NCBI GenBank assembly: GCA_025350505.1
Contig: JANXXS010000363.1
Coordinates: forward strand, 4,065 to 68,064
DNA: 64,000 nt
Direction: 5' to 3'
Source of the DNA: Burkholderiales bacterium
GTDB taxonomy: Bacteria; Pseudomonadota; Gammaproteobacteria; Burkholderiales; Burkholderiaceae_C
In this document: in pieces, positions 18,234 to 28,844 of the stretch
Position numbering within the stretch: the stretch's first letter is position 1
How the letters are laid out: the number at the start of each line of letters is the position of its first letter
Notes under the pieces: generated by a model
Told to the model about the DNA's origin: nothing
Database searches by the model: none
The model's input: only the letters and a program-made list of their open reading frames with translations
Position numbers and translations under genes: made by a program

Positions 18234-19481
18234 ATGATTCGACTCTTGCGCATCGTCACCACCGCAGCCCTGGCCGGTTCGTTCCTGACCTCCGGTTTCG
18301 CGCAGCCCGCCGCGAGTAACGCGGCGACGGCCCCTATAAAGGTGGGGGCTGCGGTGTCGGATACCGGAAAATTCGCCATCGAGGGTCTCTCGACCAAGCG
18401 CGGCTACGAGATGTGGGTCGATCAGGTCAACGCACGTGGCGGCATCGATGTCGCGGGCACCAAGCGCAAGGTCGAGGTCATCTACTACGACGATCAGTCG
18501 GAGCCCGAGACCACTGTCAAACTCATCCAACGCCTGATCAGCCAGGACAAGGTCGATTTCTTGCTTGGCCCGTATTCGTCCGGACTGACGATTGCCGCGT
18601 CCTCGATCGCCGCGAAGTACAAGAAGATCATGTTCGCGGGTGCGGCCGCGGGCAACAGCGTCTTCGACCACAGGAACGAGTACGTCTTCAGCCCGTTGAG
18701 CCTGACCACCGCCTATACGCCGAGCGGTCTCGATGCGCTCAAGGCGAAGGGCGTCAAGAGCATCGCCGTCATGCACACGGATGACGCGCCGATGACCGAC
18801 ATCAGGAACGCGACGGTCAAGTACGCCGAGTCCATCGGACTGAAGGTCGTTTCCATTCAGACAGTGCCCACGGATGCGGCGGACCTGACGGGCGCCATGC
18901 GCCAGATCCAGGCGGCGCGACCGGATGCATTCGTCGAGGCCGGTTCGACCCTTATCGGCATGCTCGCGACCCGGACCATGCGCGACATCGGCTGGACACC
19001 GACCTATGTGCTGATGATTCAGGCTCCCACCGAGGTCGTCTTCGTCAAGCAGCTGGGTGCGGCCACCGCGCAGGACATCATGGCGCCGACGCAATGGGTT
19101 CCCAACGACAAGCTCAAGGACGCGTACTTCGGGACCGCCCAGGACTACTTCAACGCATTCGTGAAGAAGTACGGCTCGAGCCCTTCCTACCTTCCCGCCG
19201 GCGCCTCCGCGGCCGGGCTGTCCCTTCAGTTGGCGATCGAGAAGGCCGGCAGCATCGATACGGACAAGGTGCGGCAGGCGCTCCTGGGCTTGAAGATGGA
19301 CACGTTCTACGGACCGATCGCGTACACCGGGCCGGGCGATCCGAGCGGTCTCATGGGCGCGAACGTCCATCGGCCGATGTTGACGGTCCAGCTCGATGCC
19401 AGCGGCAACCAGGTCGTCGTGGCCCCGCTGGCTGTCGCGCAGGCTCCTATTCGTCCGATGAAGCCATGGAACGCGCGTTGA
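18234..19481 (+). CDS. Branched-chain amino acid-type ABC substrate-binding protein
   Basis: Signal peptide; VNARGGIDV..YYDDQSEPE..DKVDFLLGPYSS. Confidence 0.9.
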   Translation: MIRLLRIVTTAALAGSFLTSGFAQPAASNAATAPIKVGAAVSDTGKFAIEGLSTKRGYEMWVDQVNARGGIDVAGTKRKVEVIYYDDQSEPETTVKLIQRLISQDKVDFLLGPYSSGLTIAASSIAAKYKKIMFAGAAAGNSVFDHRNEYVFSPLSLTTAYTPSGLDALKAKGVKSIAVMHTDDAPMTDIRNATVKYAESIGLKVVSIQTVPTDAADLTGAMRQIQAARPDAFVEAGSTLIGMLATRTMRDIGWTPTYVLMIQAPTEVVFVKQLGAATAQDIMAPTQWVPNDKLKDAYFGTAQDYFNAFVKKYGSSPSYLPAGASAAGLSLQLAIEKAGSIDTDKVRQALLGLKMDTFYGPIAYTGPGDPSGLMGANVHRPMLTVQLDASGNQVVVAPLAVAQAPIRPMKPWNAR

Positions 19482-19609
19482 CCGCTTCCGGAAACCAGGA
19501 ATCGGCGCTGCGCTCCTGAACGCCCGCGTTGAATAGCCGGGGCTGCTCCCCGACATCCGCAGCCTTTCCGTGTCCGGGCGACAGTCCGCCGGGCGGTCAG
19601 AGACGAACC

Positions 19610-20491
19610 TTGCACCTACTCATTCAAGTCGTCATCGACGGCATCATCCTCGGCGGCTTCTATGCCTTGATGGCACAGGGGCTGTCGCTGATCTTCGGCA
19701 TCATGCGCGTGATCAATCTCGCGCATGGAGAGTTCCTGGTCATCGGTGCCTACCTGGCATGGTCGGCCCATCAGTATCTCGGCCTCGACATCTTCGTGGC
19801 GCTGCCGGTGCTGATCGCATTGGGATTCGTCATCGGCTGGGGCGTCTCGCGCGTGCTCGTCATTCCCATGCTGAACCGATCCGAGCTGATGCCGCTCCTG
19901 GTCACATTCGGGCTCGCCGCGGTGATCCAGGGTGTCCTGACGCTGGTCTTCACGACGACGCCCAAGGTCACCACGGCCTCCTATTCGAATTCGGTGCTGA
20001 GGGTCATGGACTACCAGTTTTCGATGGCCAAGGTGGTCATGCTGGTGGCTGCACTTCTTCTTCTCGGGGTGCTCGCCCTGTTTCTCGATCGCACCAAGGC
20101 CGGCAAGGCCATGCGAGCAACCGCCCAGAACCCCGAGGCGGCGCGGATCGTCGGCATCGACGTCACGCGGATTCACTGCGCTGCGTTCGGCGTCGGCACG
20201 GCGGCCGCCGTCGCGGCAGGCGCCTTGTTCAGCGTGACCCAGGGCTTCTATCCGTTCTCGGGCGCCTTGTTCACCTTGAAGGCGTTCGTCATCGTCGTCC
20301 TTGGCGGCCGCGGCAGGATCCGGGGCACGCTCGCAGCGGGGATGTTCGTGGGCCTGATCGAATCCGCGCTGAGCGGCTACGTTCCCAACATCGGCACCAG
20401 CCTCGGCACAGCCGCTGCCTTCGTCCTCGTCGTGGTCGTTCTGGCGATCCGCCCCGAAGGAATCTCGCAGATGCGAGGCGCCAAGGCATGA
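19610..20491 (+). CDS. livH: ABC permease, LivH-like
   Basis: YALMAQGLSLIFGIMRVINLAHGE, GKAMRATAQN; start (TTG) approximate. Confidence 0.85.
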   Translation: MHLLIQVVIDGIILGGFYALMAQGLSLIFGIMRVINLAHGEFLVIGAYLAWSAHQYLGLDIFVALPVLIALGFVIGWGVSRVLVIPMLNRSELMPLLVTFGLAAVIQGVLTLVFTTTPKVTTASYSNSVLRVMDYQFSMAKVVMLVAALLLLGVLALFLDRTKAGKAMRATAQNPEAARIVGIDVTRIHCAAFGVGTAAAVAAGALFSVTQGFYPFSGALFTLKAFVIVVLGGRGRIRGTLAAGMFVGLIESALSGYVPNIGTSLGTAAAFVLVVVVLAIRPEGISQMRGAKA

Positions 20492-21573
20492 AGACTCCAG
20501 CCACCGACTCCCGGCCGCCGAGTCTTCACGGCGCCGACCGGAGCGCCACGGGCATCGCACGGTATCGATCGCCGGCCCTGGCAATGGCCAGCGTGATCGG
20601 CCTGCTTGTCGTTCCGTACCTGGGCGTGAACGACGACGTGCTCCTGACGATGAGCACGATCTTCATGTGGATCATCCTCTCGTCGAGCTGGAACTTCATC
20701 TCGGGGTTCACCGGCTACCTGGACTTCGGGCACGGGGTCTTCTTCGGGGTCGGTGGCTACGTCACCGCGATCCTGGTCGTCAAGGTCGGCCTTCCGTTCG
20801 GCCCGACCGTCCCTCTGGCCGCGCTCTTTTCCGCCGCCCTGGCCCTGACCATCGGCTACCCCTTGCTCCGGCTGCGCGGCGTCTACTTCTCGATCGCCAT
20901 GCTGGGCCTTTTCCTGGCCACCCGCGAGCTGGCCCTGATCGCCAAGCCGCTGACGGCCGGGGCCCAAGGTCTCATCTTGCCGCCCGAGGTCGATCGGCTG
21001 TTCTTCTACTTTCTTTTTCTCGCGGGCGCTGTCGTGGTGGTGGCGCTGGCCTGGTGGATCCGACGCTCCCAATTCGGTCTCTCGCTGCTGGCCATCAAGG
21101 ACGACGAGCGCGGAGCCGAGGCGCGAGGCGTCAACACCACGGCCCTCAAGCTGACGGTCTTCTGCCTATCCGCGGCCATCACCGGAGCCGTCGGCGGGTG
21201 CTGGGCCTACGAGCTGACGTTCATCGATCCCGGGATCATGTTTCGGGAGAGCTTTCTCATCAACGTGGCGATCATGGTCACGCTCGGCGGCCTGGGCACG
21301 GTATGGGGGCCGGTGGTCGGCTCGATCGTCTTTCTCCTGGTGCGCGACACTCTCTGGGCCAACCAGGGCGACTCGTTCCTGGTGGTCTTCGGCGCATTCC
21401 TCATCGTCCTGGTGTTCTTCATGCCCGAGGGCATCGTCGGCACCATCCAGCACGGCGAGCGAACCGTGCTCGGCCGCCTGATCAAGCGACTGCGCCAACG
21501 GGATTCCGGGCACGTCGACACCTCTCGTCCGGCAGCCACGGCAGCCCCGGTCAGGATCGTCACCGGTGACTAG
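20488..21573 (+). CDS. livM: ABC permease, LivM-like
   Basis: SWNFISGFTGYLDFGH, RLRGVYF, AIKDDE, LGGLGTVWGP. Confidence 0.88.
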   Translation: MKTPATDSRPPSLHGADRSATGIARYRSPALAMASVIGLLVVPYLGVNDDVLLTMSTIFMWIILSSSWNFISGFTGYLDFGHGVFFGVGGYVTAILVVKVGLPFGPTVPLAALFSAALALTIGYPLLRLRGVYFSIAMLGLFLATRELALIAKPLTAGAQGLILPPEVDRLFFYFLFLAGAVVVVALAWWIRRSQFGLSLLAIKDDERGAEARGVNTTALKLTVFCLSAAITGAVGGCWAYELTFIDPGIMFRESFLINVAIMVTLGGLGTVWGPVVGSIVFLLVRDTLWANQGDSFLVVFGAFLIVLVFFMPEGIVGTIQHGERTVLGRLIKRLRQRDSGHVDTSRPAATAAPVRIVTGD

Positions 21574-22354
21574 CGTGAATTCGACGAACCGCACGGCGCA
21601 GGCTCGTGCCGCCGGCACGCCGCTGCTTGCGGCGCGGGGCATCACGAAGAGCTTCGGCGGCGTCCATGCCGTCGACGGCGTGGACTTCGAAGTCGCGACC
21701 GGCGAGATCGTCGGCCTGGTCGGCCCCAACGGCTCCGGCAAATCCACCCTGCTGGGATGCCTGTCGCGGGACATTGCCATGGACACGGGTCGCGTCACCT
21801 TCGACGGGGTCGATGCCAGCCGACTGCGGACCATGCAGGTCGCGCGAATCGGCATCGGACGCACCTTTCAGAGCGTGCGGATCTTTCCAGAGCTCTCCGT
21901 GGTGGAGAACGCCTGGATGGGCCGGCAGTGGAAAGGGGTCGGCATGCTCGGCATGATGCAGCCCCCCGATGCCGCCACCCGTCAGCGGGCGGCCGACCTC
22001 ATCGACCTGATGGGCTTCTCGCACCTGACCCGCGAGTACGCCGGCAATCTCTCGGGTGGCCAGATGCGCCTGCTGGAGCTCGTGATGGCGATGATGTGCG
22101 GGCCGCGTCTGGTCATGCTCGACGAGGCGACTTCAGGCGTGAACCCCACCCTGATCGAGTCGTTGAAGCGCTACGTCAAGGTTCTCAACGAGCAGGAGCA
22201 GGTCGCCTTCGTCGTCGTCGAGCACAACATCGGCTTCATCTTCTCGATTGCGGACCGAATCGTCGTTCTCGATGACGGGAAGGTGCTGGCAGACGGCACG
22301 CCCGACGAGATTCAGCACAATCAGGAGGTCATCGTTGCCTACCTCGGTGCCTGA
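21566..22354 (+). CDS. livG: ABC ATPase, LivG-like
   Basis: Walker A GPNGSGKST, RTFQ, LSGGQ, MLDE. Confidence 0.9.
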   Translation: MTSVNSTNRTAQARAAGTPLLAARGITKSFGGVHAVDGVDFEVATGEIVGLVGPNGSGKSTLLGCLSRDIAMDTGRVTFDGVDASRLRTMQVARIGIGRTFQSVRIFPELSVVENAWMGRQWKGVGMLGMMQPPDAATRQRAADLIDLMGFSHLTREYAGNLSGGQMRLLELVMAMMCGPRLVMLDEATSGVNPTLIESLKRYVKVLNEQEQVAFVVVEHNIGFIFSIADRIVVLDDGKVLADGTPDEIQHNQEVIVAYLGA

Positions 22355-22397
22355 GGCAACTCCGACGGCCGGCTCCGCCCTTCGCCAGGGCGAGACG

Positions 22398-23102
22398 ATG
22401 CTCGCACTCAAGGGCGTCGTCGCCGGCTACGGAGGTTTCGACATCCTCCACGGGATCGATCTCGAGGTCCGCAAGGGCGAGATCGTTTCGATCGTGGGAC
22501 CCAACGGATCCGGCAAGTCGACGGTGTTCAAGGCGATCTACGGCCTGATCGACATCCGCCTCGGCGAGGTCGTGTTCGAGGGCCGGAACGTGACGTCCAT
22601 GAGCCCGCAGGAGCTGCTGCGAGCCGGAGTCGCGATGGTTCCCCAGCTGTCGACGATCTTCCCGTCCATGAGCGTCTACGAGAACCTCGAGCTCGGGATG
22701 TACCTCATTCGCGACAAGGCGCGAGTGAAAAAGCGCATCGAGGAAATACTGACCCTCTTCCCGCGCCTGGCCAATCGCAGGACCCAGTACGCGGGGACGC
22801 TTTCCGGCGGCGAGCGGCGAGCGCTCGAGATCGGTCGCTCGCTGATGCTGAACCCGCGCATGATCCTGATGGACGAACCTTCCGTGGGCTTGTCGCCGAT
22901 CCTGGCGAAAGACATGTTCGAGCAGCTGCGCGAGCTGAGAGCCGCCGGCATCACTTTCCTGCTCATCGAGCAGAACGCCCGATCCGCATTGGAACTCGCC
23001 GACCGTGGGTACGTGATCCAGCGAGGCTTGGTCACCCACACCGGCACCGGCCCGGCCCTTCTGCGCGACGACGAGGTGCGCCGTTCCTTCCTCGGCGGAT
23101 GA
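22398..23102 (+). CDS. livF: ABC ATPase, LivF-like
   Basis: GPNGSGKST, LSGGE, MDEPSVGL, IEQN. Confidence 0.9.
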   Translation: MLALKGVVAGYGGFDILHGIDLEVRKGEIVSIVGPNGSGKSTVFKAIYGLIDIRLGEVVFEGRNVTSMSPQELLRAGVAMVPQLSTIFPSMSVYENLELGMYLIRDKARVKKRIEEILTLFPRLANRRTQYAGTLSGGERRALEIGRSLMLNPRMILMDEPSVGLSPILAKDMFEQLRELRAAGITFLLIEQNARSALELADRGYVIQRGLVTHTGTGPALLRDDEVRRSFLGG

Positions 23103-23139
23103 GCTCCGTGCAACGTTCAACTTTGCGTCACGACGATCC

Positions 23140-24459
23140 ATGACAACCGTCCCTGCTCCTTCCGTCCAGGATGCCTTGTCGGCGATCGAAAGGCTCAACC
23201 CGCTCATCAATGCCGTCGTTCAAACCGACCCGAGGCTCGGGATCGGATCGGGGATCTCCGGCCAGCCCATCCTGATCAAGGACTGCATGGACGTGCGGGG
23301 CCTGCCGACGACGAACGGCTCGTCGCTGTACGGGAAGACGCCTGCAGAAAGCGATAGCGAGACCGTTCGAAGGGTCCGGGAGGCCGGCTACGTGATCGTC
23401 GGCAAGGCCAACCTGACCGAGTTCTGCTTCGGTGCCACCGGCGACAACGCGCATCTCGGCAGGACCAGGAATCCTTGGGATCCGATGCGGATTTCCGGCG
23501 GGTCGAGCAGTGGCTCGGCGGCCGCCGTGGCATCCGGAATGGTTCGACTGGCGATCGGAACCGACACCGGCGGATCGGTACGGGTTCCCGCATCGCTGTG
23601 CGGTGTCGTCGGGCTTCGGCCGACGCTGGGACGAGTCTCGAACCAGGGTTGCCTGGCGCTCAGCCTGCTCTGCGACACCATCGGCCCGATCGCGCCGACG
23701 GTCGTCGAGGTCGCGAGCGTGTTCGCGGCCATTGCTGGTTACGACCCGCTCGACCCGGTGTCCGTCGAAGGCGACCCGCAGCCTCTGTCGGACATCGACA
23801 AGGGGGTCCGCGGGCTGCGGATCGGCTTGCCCCGCTCCTTCTACTTCGAGAACCTCCAGTCCGAGGTCGCCGAAGCGGTCGAGCGCGCCGCGGCTGTGTT
23901 CGAGCGCCTGGGCGCGACGCTGGTGGACATCCAGCTCGAAGATCCGAAGGCGCTTTCAGAACATCGGGCGTTCCAGTTCGTTCTTGCCGACGTCGCCGAT
24001 TCGCGCCGCGACCTGATGCGCGACCACCGCGAGCAGTTGGGCGCCGAGGTGAGACGACGCATCGAGCTCGGCGAGCAGGTGTCCGGGCGCGACTATGCGC
24101 AATGCATGCGCGCCTTGTGGCGCTACAAAAGCGAGCTTCGATCGCTGTTTGCCGATCGCGTCGACCTGCTCCTCACCCCGACGACGCCGACCACGGCGCC
24201 GCTCTGGGCCGATTCGCACGACATGGTCGAGACCACGCGGCGGGTTGCAGGGCTGACCTACGAGCTCGGCGCGACCGGGGTTCCTTCCATGTCGGTCCCC
24301 TGCGGTCTCGATCGGGCCGGGCTGCCGATCGGCATGCAGCTCAGCGCTGCCTGGGGAAGGGAAGGGCTGCTGTTTCGCGCGGGGAATGCCTATCAGAAGG
24401 AGACGGGTCATCCGGTCATGCCCGACATGGGCAGGCCCGGGCTCCAGGGGCCGGCGTAG
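23140..24459 (+). CDS. Amidase (amidase-signature family)
   Basis: IKD Lys, GGSSSGS, GTDTGGSVRVP Ser-cisSer-Lys triad. Confidence 0.9.
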   Translation: MTTVPAPSVQDALSAIERLNPLINAVVQTDPRLGIGSGISGQPILIKDCMDVRGLPTTNGSSLYGKTPAESDSETVRRVREAGYVIVGKANLTEFCFGATGDNAHLGRTRNPWDPMRISGGSSSGSAAAVASGMVRLAIGTDTGGSVRVPASLCGVVGLRPTLGRVSNQGCLALSLLCDTIGPIAPTVVEVASVFAAIAGYDPLDPVSVEGDPQPLSDIDKGVRGLRIGLPRSFYFENLQSEVAEAVERAAAVFERLGATLVDIQLEDPKALSEHRAFQFVLADVADSRRDLMRDHREQLGAEVRRRIELGEQVSGRDYAQCMRALWRYKSELRSLFADRVDLLLTPTTPTTAPLWADSHDMVETTRRVAGLTYELGATGVPSMSVPCGLDRAGLPIGMQLSAAWGREGLLFRAGNAYQKETGHPVMPDMGRPGLQGPA

Positions 24460-24492
24460 CGACTCTGATCACTAGTTCACAGGAGCATTCGG

Positions 24493-25878
24493 ATGACCAC
24501 AGAGATGCCTTCACCCGGCGATTCCGCGAGCGTGCAGACCCGAAAGGCGCTGGCGAACATCGAGCGCTGGAACCCGCTCGTCAACGCGATGATCACCGTG
24601 ACCGCCGACGAGGCGCAGCGGGCCGCAACCCGGCTTGATCGGGCCGCCGAGGAGGGCGAATGGTGCGGCGTCCTGCAGGGAATGACGATCAGCCTCAAGG
24701 ATTGCATCGACATGGCCGGCGTCGTGACGACCGGCGCCAGCAAGATCCTCAGCGACAACATCGCCCGCTCGGATGCCTTCATCACCCGCCGGCTTCTGCA
24801 GAACGGCGCCGTGATCGTCGGCAAGGCCAACCTGCACGAATGGGTGTACGGCCCGACCAGCCAGAGCAAGCACTTCGGACCCGTCCGCAACCCATGGAAT
24901 CCGGACTGCATTGCCGGCGGCTCGAGCGGAGGTTCGGGTGCGGCCGTCGCGTGCGGCATGTGCGTCGGCTCGATCGGCAGCGATACCGGCGGCTCGATCC
25001 GCATCCCGGCATCGTTCAACGGAGTGGCCGGGCTGCGTCCGACCATCGGCCGCATCTCCAACGGAGGCACGCTGACGGTCAGCGCCGCGTTCGACACGGT
25101 CGGGCCGATGGCCCGCCACGTCAGCGACGTCGCCCGGATCTTCGACGCCATCGCCGGTCACGACGAAGACGACGTGGCGTCGGTCGACCGACCGGTGCCG
25201 AACTTCCTGTCGCGGCTGCGCGACCCGGTGCGAGGAATGAGGATCGGCGTGATGCGCCGCTGGTTCTTCGACGGCCTGCATGCGGAGGTCGAGCGGTCCG
25301 TCGACGAAGCGATCGCGACGTTCCGCAGTCTCGGCGTCGAGATCGTCGAGCTCGACCTGGGCGATGTCGAGCGGTCGCAGCCGCTTCTCGCCTTCAACAT
25401 CCTGGTGGCCGACGCGCTGCAGGTCCACGCCGAGCAGATCGGGCGCCGGGCGCCGGACTACGGCGAAGACGTTCTCACACGCTTCAGGCTGGGCGAAAAC
25501 GTGTCGGCCGTGCAGTACGCAGAAGCCATGCGCTGGATGGAGAGCTGGCGCCACCGCTTGCGGCGCGCGTTCGGCCGCGTCGATGCGATTCTTGCGCCGA
25601 CGACGCCGATGCCCGCGCCGCTGGCGGACGGAAGCGATTTCATCGAATCCGTTCGCCAGCTCACGCGACTGACCTATGCCTGGTCATTCGCCGGCGTGCC
25701 CGCGCTCGCGGTCCCCTGCGGATTCACCGCGGATGGATTGCCCTTGTCTTTCCAGCTTGCGGGACGATGGTTCGACGAGCCTGCCGTGTTGCGCCTGGGC
25801 CATGCCTACCAGTCCGCGACGCGACATCACCTGCGCATGCCGGTCTGTCCGTCGTCCACCGCGCCGCGGCGAGGCTGA
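24493..25878 (+). CDS. Amidase (amidase-signature family)
   Basis: SLKD, GGSSGGS, GSDTGGSIRIPAS. Confidence 0.9.
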   Translation: MTTEMPSPGDSASVQTRKALANIERWNPLVNAMITVTADEAQRAATRLDRAAEEGEWCGVLQGMTISLKDCIDMAGVVTTGASKILSDNIARSDAFITRRLLQNGAVIVGKANLHEWVYGPTSQSKHFGPVRNPWNPDCIAGGSSGGSGAAVACGMCVGSIGSDTGGSIRIPASFNGVAGLRPTIGRISNGGTLTVSAAFDTVGPMARHVSDVARIFDAIAGHDEDDVASVDRPVPNFLSRLRDPVRGMRIGVMRRWFFDGLHAEVERSVDEAIATFRSLGVEIVELDLGDVERSQPLLAFNILVADALQVHAEQIGRRAPDYGEDVLTRFRLGENVSAVQYAEAMRWMESWRHRLRRAFGRVDAILAPTTPMPAPLADGSDFIESVRQLTRLTYAWSFAGVPALAVPCGFTADGLPLSFQLAGRWFDEPAVLRLGHAYQSATRHHLRMPVCPSSTAPRRG

Positions 25879-25922
25879 AGGCACTCTGCGACGAGGCGCC
25901 TCCGGTGGGCGACCACCGCCAT

Positions 25923-26699
25923 CTATCGCGGTGAGAACCGGGGCGCGCGCTTCTCGGCGAAGGCCTGCTCGGCTTCCTTGTGGTCCGCGGTGAACCACAG
26001 CTCGGCGAAGCGTTCCCGGCCGAGGCGGCGCGCTTGCGACCGCTCGCAGCGCAACGACTCGAGGATGGTGCGTTTGGCAGCTCCGATGGCTAGCGGCGCG
26101 GCGGCGTCGAGCTTCGCGGCGAAGGCGAGGGCGGCGGCGACGCAGCCCCCATCGTCCGCGACCTGGTCGACAAGGCCGATGCGGAGCGCCTCGTCGGCGC
26201 TGACGCGCTCGCCCGAGAGCATGAGCCGCATGGCGTGCGCGCGTCCGACTAGCTCGACCAGGCGGGCCGTACCGTCCCAGCCGGGCACGAGGCCGAGGCG
26301 AATGTGCGGGAGTCCGATCTGCACCGATCTTGCGGCGAAGCGAAGGTCGCATGCGAGCGCAAATTCGGTTCCGCCGCCGACGGTGAATCCGTTCAGCGCC
26401 GCGAAGACCGGCTGGTCGAGCGCCTCGATCTCGTCGAGGAGGTCGCGCACGGTGTCGAAGGCTCGGTTCAGATCGGCAGCATCGTCGAGCCTGGCATAAC
26501 GCTTGACGTCGCCGCCGGTGCAGAAATAGCGGTCGCCGGCCCCTGTCACGACCACGCTGCGGATCGATGTGTCGTTGCGGCAGACGGTGAGCGCGGCCTT
26601 GAGCTCGAGCGCGAGCTCGACGCTCATGGCGTTGCCCGCGTCGGGCCGATTGAGCGTCAGGACGAGCGCGCTGCCCTCGCGCGATGAGAGGACCAGCAT
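25923..26699 (-). CDS. Enoyl-CoA hydratase/isomerase family protein
   Basis: LNRP, FCTGGD, GGGTEFALACD, LGLVPG. Confidence 0.88.
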   Translation of the reverse strand: MLVLSSREGSALVLTLNRPDAGNAMSVELALELKAALTVCRNDTSIRSVVVTGAGDRYFCTGGDVKRYARLDDAADLNRAFDTVRDLLDEIEALDQPVFAALNGFTVGGGTEFALACDLRFAARSVQIGLPHIRLGLVPGWDGTARLVELVGRAHAMRLMLSGERVSADEALRIGLVDQVADDGGCVAAALAFAAKLDAAAPLAIGAAKRTILESLRCERSQARRLGRERFAELWFTADHKEAEQAFAEKRAPRFSPR

Positions 26700-26700
26700 G

Positions 26701-27627
26701 TCAGGGCCTCTCGACGATGTGCATGAGGACGCCGCCGAGCGCCTTCGGGTGAACGAAACCGATCAGCGCGCGCCGCGATCCCGGCCGGCCGCGCGTGTCG
26801 ATCATCGGCAGCCCGGCGGCTTCGAGCCTGGCCAGCGTGGCGTCGATGTCCTTGGCCTTCAGCGCGATGTGGTGCAGCCCGCGTCCCCGGCCGCCGACGA
26901 AGCGCGTGATCGCGCCCTGGTCCTGCTTGGTGTTGCCGGGCGCCCCGTGCTCGACGTGCGCGCCCTGGCGGGGGTTGAAGTTGGCGAGGAACTCGAGGTC
27001 GGCATCGCCGACGCTGATGAAGCACACCCGCAGCCCGCCCACCGGCTCCGGCTCGCGGCTGTGATAGACGACCCCGTACTTGTCGGAGGTGAAGCTCTCG
27101 ACCGACATCGTCACTTCCATGTCGGTCTGGCGGCTTTCGACCGGAAAACCGAGGCCGTTCGAGAACACCCGCTCGTCCTGCGCGACGTCGGTGCTGGCGA
27201 CCCCGAGGTGATCGATGCGCTCGAGGATGCCGGCTTCATGGCGGGCCAGTTCGATCGGCTCCGTGAGATAGGTGCGCACGCCGACGGTGGCATCGCGATC
27301 CAGCACCACGCAGCGCGCCGCACCGAGCCCTTTTGCAGGAGCGCCCGTGGCCGCGATGCCCACCGCAGCGGCGGCACGCGTCGCCGCGTCGAGTTCGTCG
27401 ACTTCGAGCGCGATGTGATGCACGCCCGGCTTCGATTCGCCGTTGACCATCGAGTGACCCGGAGGGAAGAGGGCGAGCGCGCTGCGCCCGATGGCGAACA
27501 CCGGCACCGGCCCTTCGGCGCTGGCGAGGTCGCTGCGCGGCAGGCCCAGGTGCGTGGCGAACACGGCGGCGGCGGCGTCGACGTCGTTGGACACGAGGCC
27601 GACCCAAGCCAGATTCTTGGAAATCAC
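26701..27627 (-). CDS. Tandem-domain VOC protein (methylmalonyl-CoA epimerase-like)
   Basis: GVHHIALEV, IDHLGVA, GRGLHHIAL, FVHPKALGGVL. Confidence 0.75.
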   Translation of the reverse strand: MISKNLAWVGLVSNDVDAAAAVFATHLGLPRSDLASAEGPVPVFAIGRSALALFPPGHSMVNGESKPGVHHIALEVDELDAATRAAAAVGIAATGAPAKGLGAARCVVLDRDATVGVRTYLTEPIELARHEAGILERIDHLGVASTDVAQDERVFSNGLGFPVESRQTDMEVTMSVESFTSDKYGVVYHSREPEPVGGLRVCFISVGDADLEFLANFNPRQGAHVEHGAPGNTKQDQGAITRFVGGRGRGLHHIALKAKDIDATLARLEAAGLPMIDTRGRPGSRRALIGFVHPKALGGVLMHIVERP

Positions 27628-28844
27628 GTTAGCTCTCCTTCATGACATTGCACAACGGCGGCCGCGACCAGCGCTTCGGCGCGCTCGCGGCCGATGCCGT
27701 AGTCCGCCAGCACCTGCATCGAATCTTCGCCGAGCGCAGGCGGCGCGCGCCGCACCGAGCGACCCTGGAGCGATTCCATCCGGATCGGATTCGCGAGCAG
27801 CTCGAGCCGGCCGAGGGTCGCGTGCTCGATCGTCTCGATCATTCCGGTCTGGCGCACGTGCGGGTCGCTGAAGGCCTGCTTGAGGTCGAAGATCGGTCCC
27901 GCAGGCAAGCCGAGCTCAACCAGCGCAAGCGTCCACTCCATCGTGCCGCGCACGGCGAATTTTTCGTTCAGGCGCCGGGTCACCTCGTCGCGGTTCTTCA
28001 TCCGCGCGGCGTTGTTCCGGTACTCGGGGTCCTCGATCATGTCCTCGAGGCCGAGCAGCCTGCACAGCTTGGCCCACATGTCGTCGGTCGCCGCGGCCAT
28101 GTTCAGCGGACCGTCCTTGGCGAGGAAGGTGCCGTACGGGCAGATCACCGGGTGCCGGTTGCCCGACACGCCGGGCGTCTCGCCGAGGGTGAGCTGGCGC
28201 TGGCCCTGGACGTTGAGCAGGCCGAGCAGGCCGCCCAGAAGCGAGGTCTCGACGCGCTGGCCGCATCCGGTCGCGTGGCGCTGGACGATCGCTGCCTGGA
28301 TGCCGAGCGCTGCCCACATGCCGGCGACGACGTCGCCGATGGGAATGCCGACCCGGGTCGGGCCGCTCTCGGCCTGCCCTGTCAGGCTCATCAACCCCGA
28401 CATGCCTTGCGCGATCTGGTCGACGCCGGGCCAGTTCTCGTACGGGCCGCCGCGGCCGAAGCCGGTGATCGATGCGAAGACGAGCCGGGGATTGGCCGCC
28501 GCGAGAGCGGCATAGCCCATTGCCATCTCTTCCATCACGCCGGGCTTGAAGTTCTCGACGACCACGTCGGCTGTGGTCGCCAGCTCGCGGATCAGGTCCA
28601 GGCCGCGCGGGTCGCGGAAGTTGATCGCCAGGCTTCGCTTGTTGCGGTGGATGGAGAGGTAGTAGACGCTGATGCCGTCCTTGAACGGCCCCCAGCCGCG
28701 GATCATTTCCCCGCCCGGCGTCGGCTCGATCTTGACGACATCGGCGCCGAGGTCGGCCAGGATCATGGCGCAGAAGGGCCCGGCCAGAGCGCGCGAAAGG
28801 TCCAGCACGCGCAGGCCGGCGAGCGGCAGGCCGGCGGCGCTCAT
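27624..28844 (-). CDS. CaiB/BaiF CoA-transferase
   Basis: RVLDLSRALAGPF, RNKRSL, ENFKPG, IPIGD. Confidence 0.92.
   Translation of the reverse strand: MSAAGLPLAGLRVLDLSRALAGPFCAMILADLGADVVKIEPTPGGEMIRGWGPFKDGISVYYLSIHRNKRSLAINFRDPRGLDLIRELATTADVVVENFKPGVMEEMAMGYAALAAANPRLVFASITGFGRGGPYENWPGVDQIAQGMSGLMSLTGQAESGPTRVGIPIGDVVAGMWAALGIQAAIVQRHATGCGQRVETSLLGGLLGLLNVQGQRQLTLGETPGVSGNRHPVICPYGTFLAKDGPLNMAAATDDMWAKLCRLLGLEDMIEDPEYRNNAARMKNRDEVTRRLNEKFAVRGTMEWTLALVELGLPAGPIFDLKQAFSDPHVRQTGMIETIEHATLGRLELLANPIRMESLQGRSVRRAPPALGEDSMQVLADYGIGRERAEALVAAAVVQCHEGELT

Noticed and set aside
23140-25878. Amidases as GatA
   Set aside because: No gatB or gatC adjacent; catabolic ABC context
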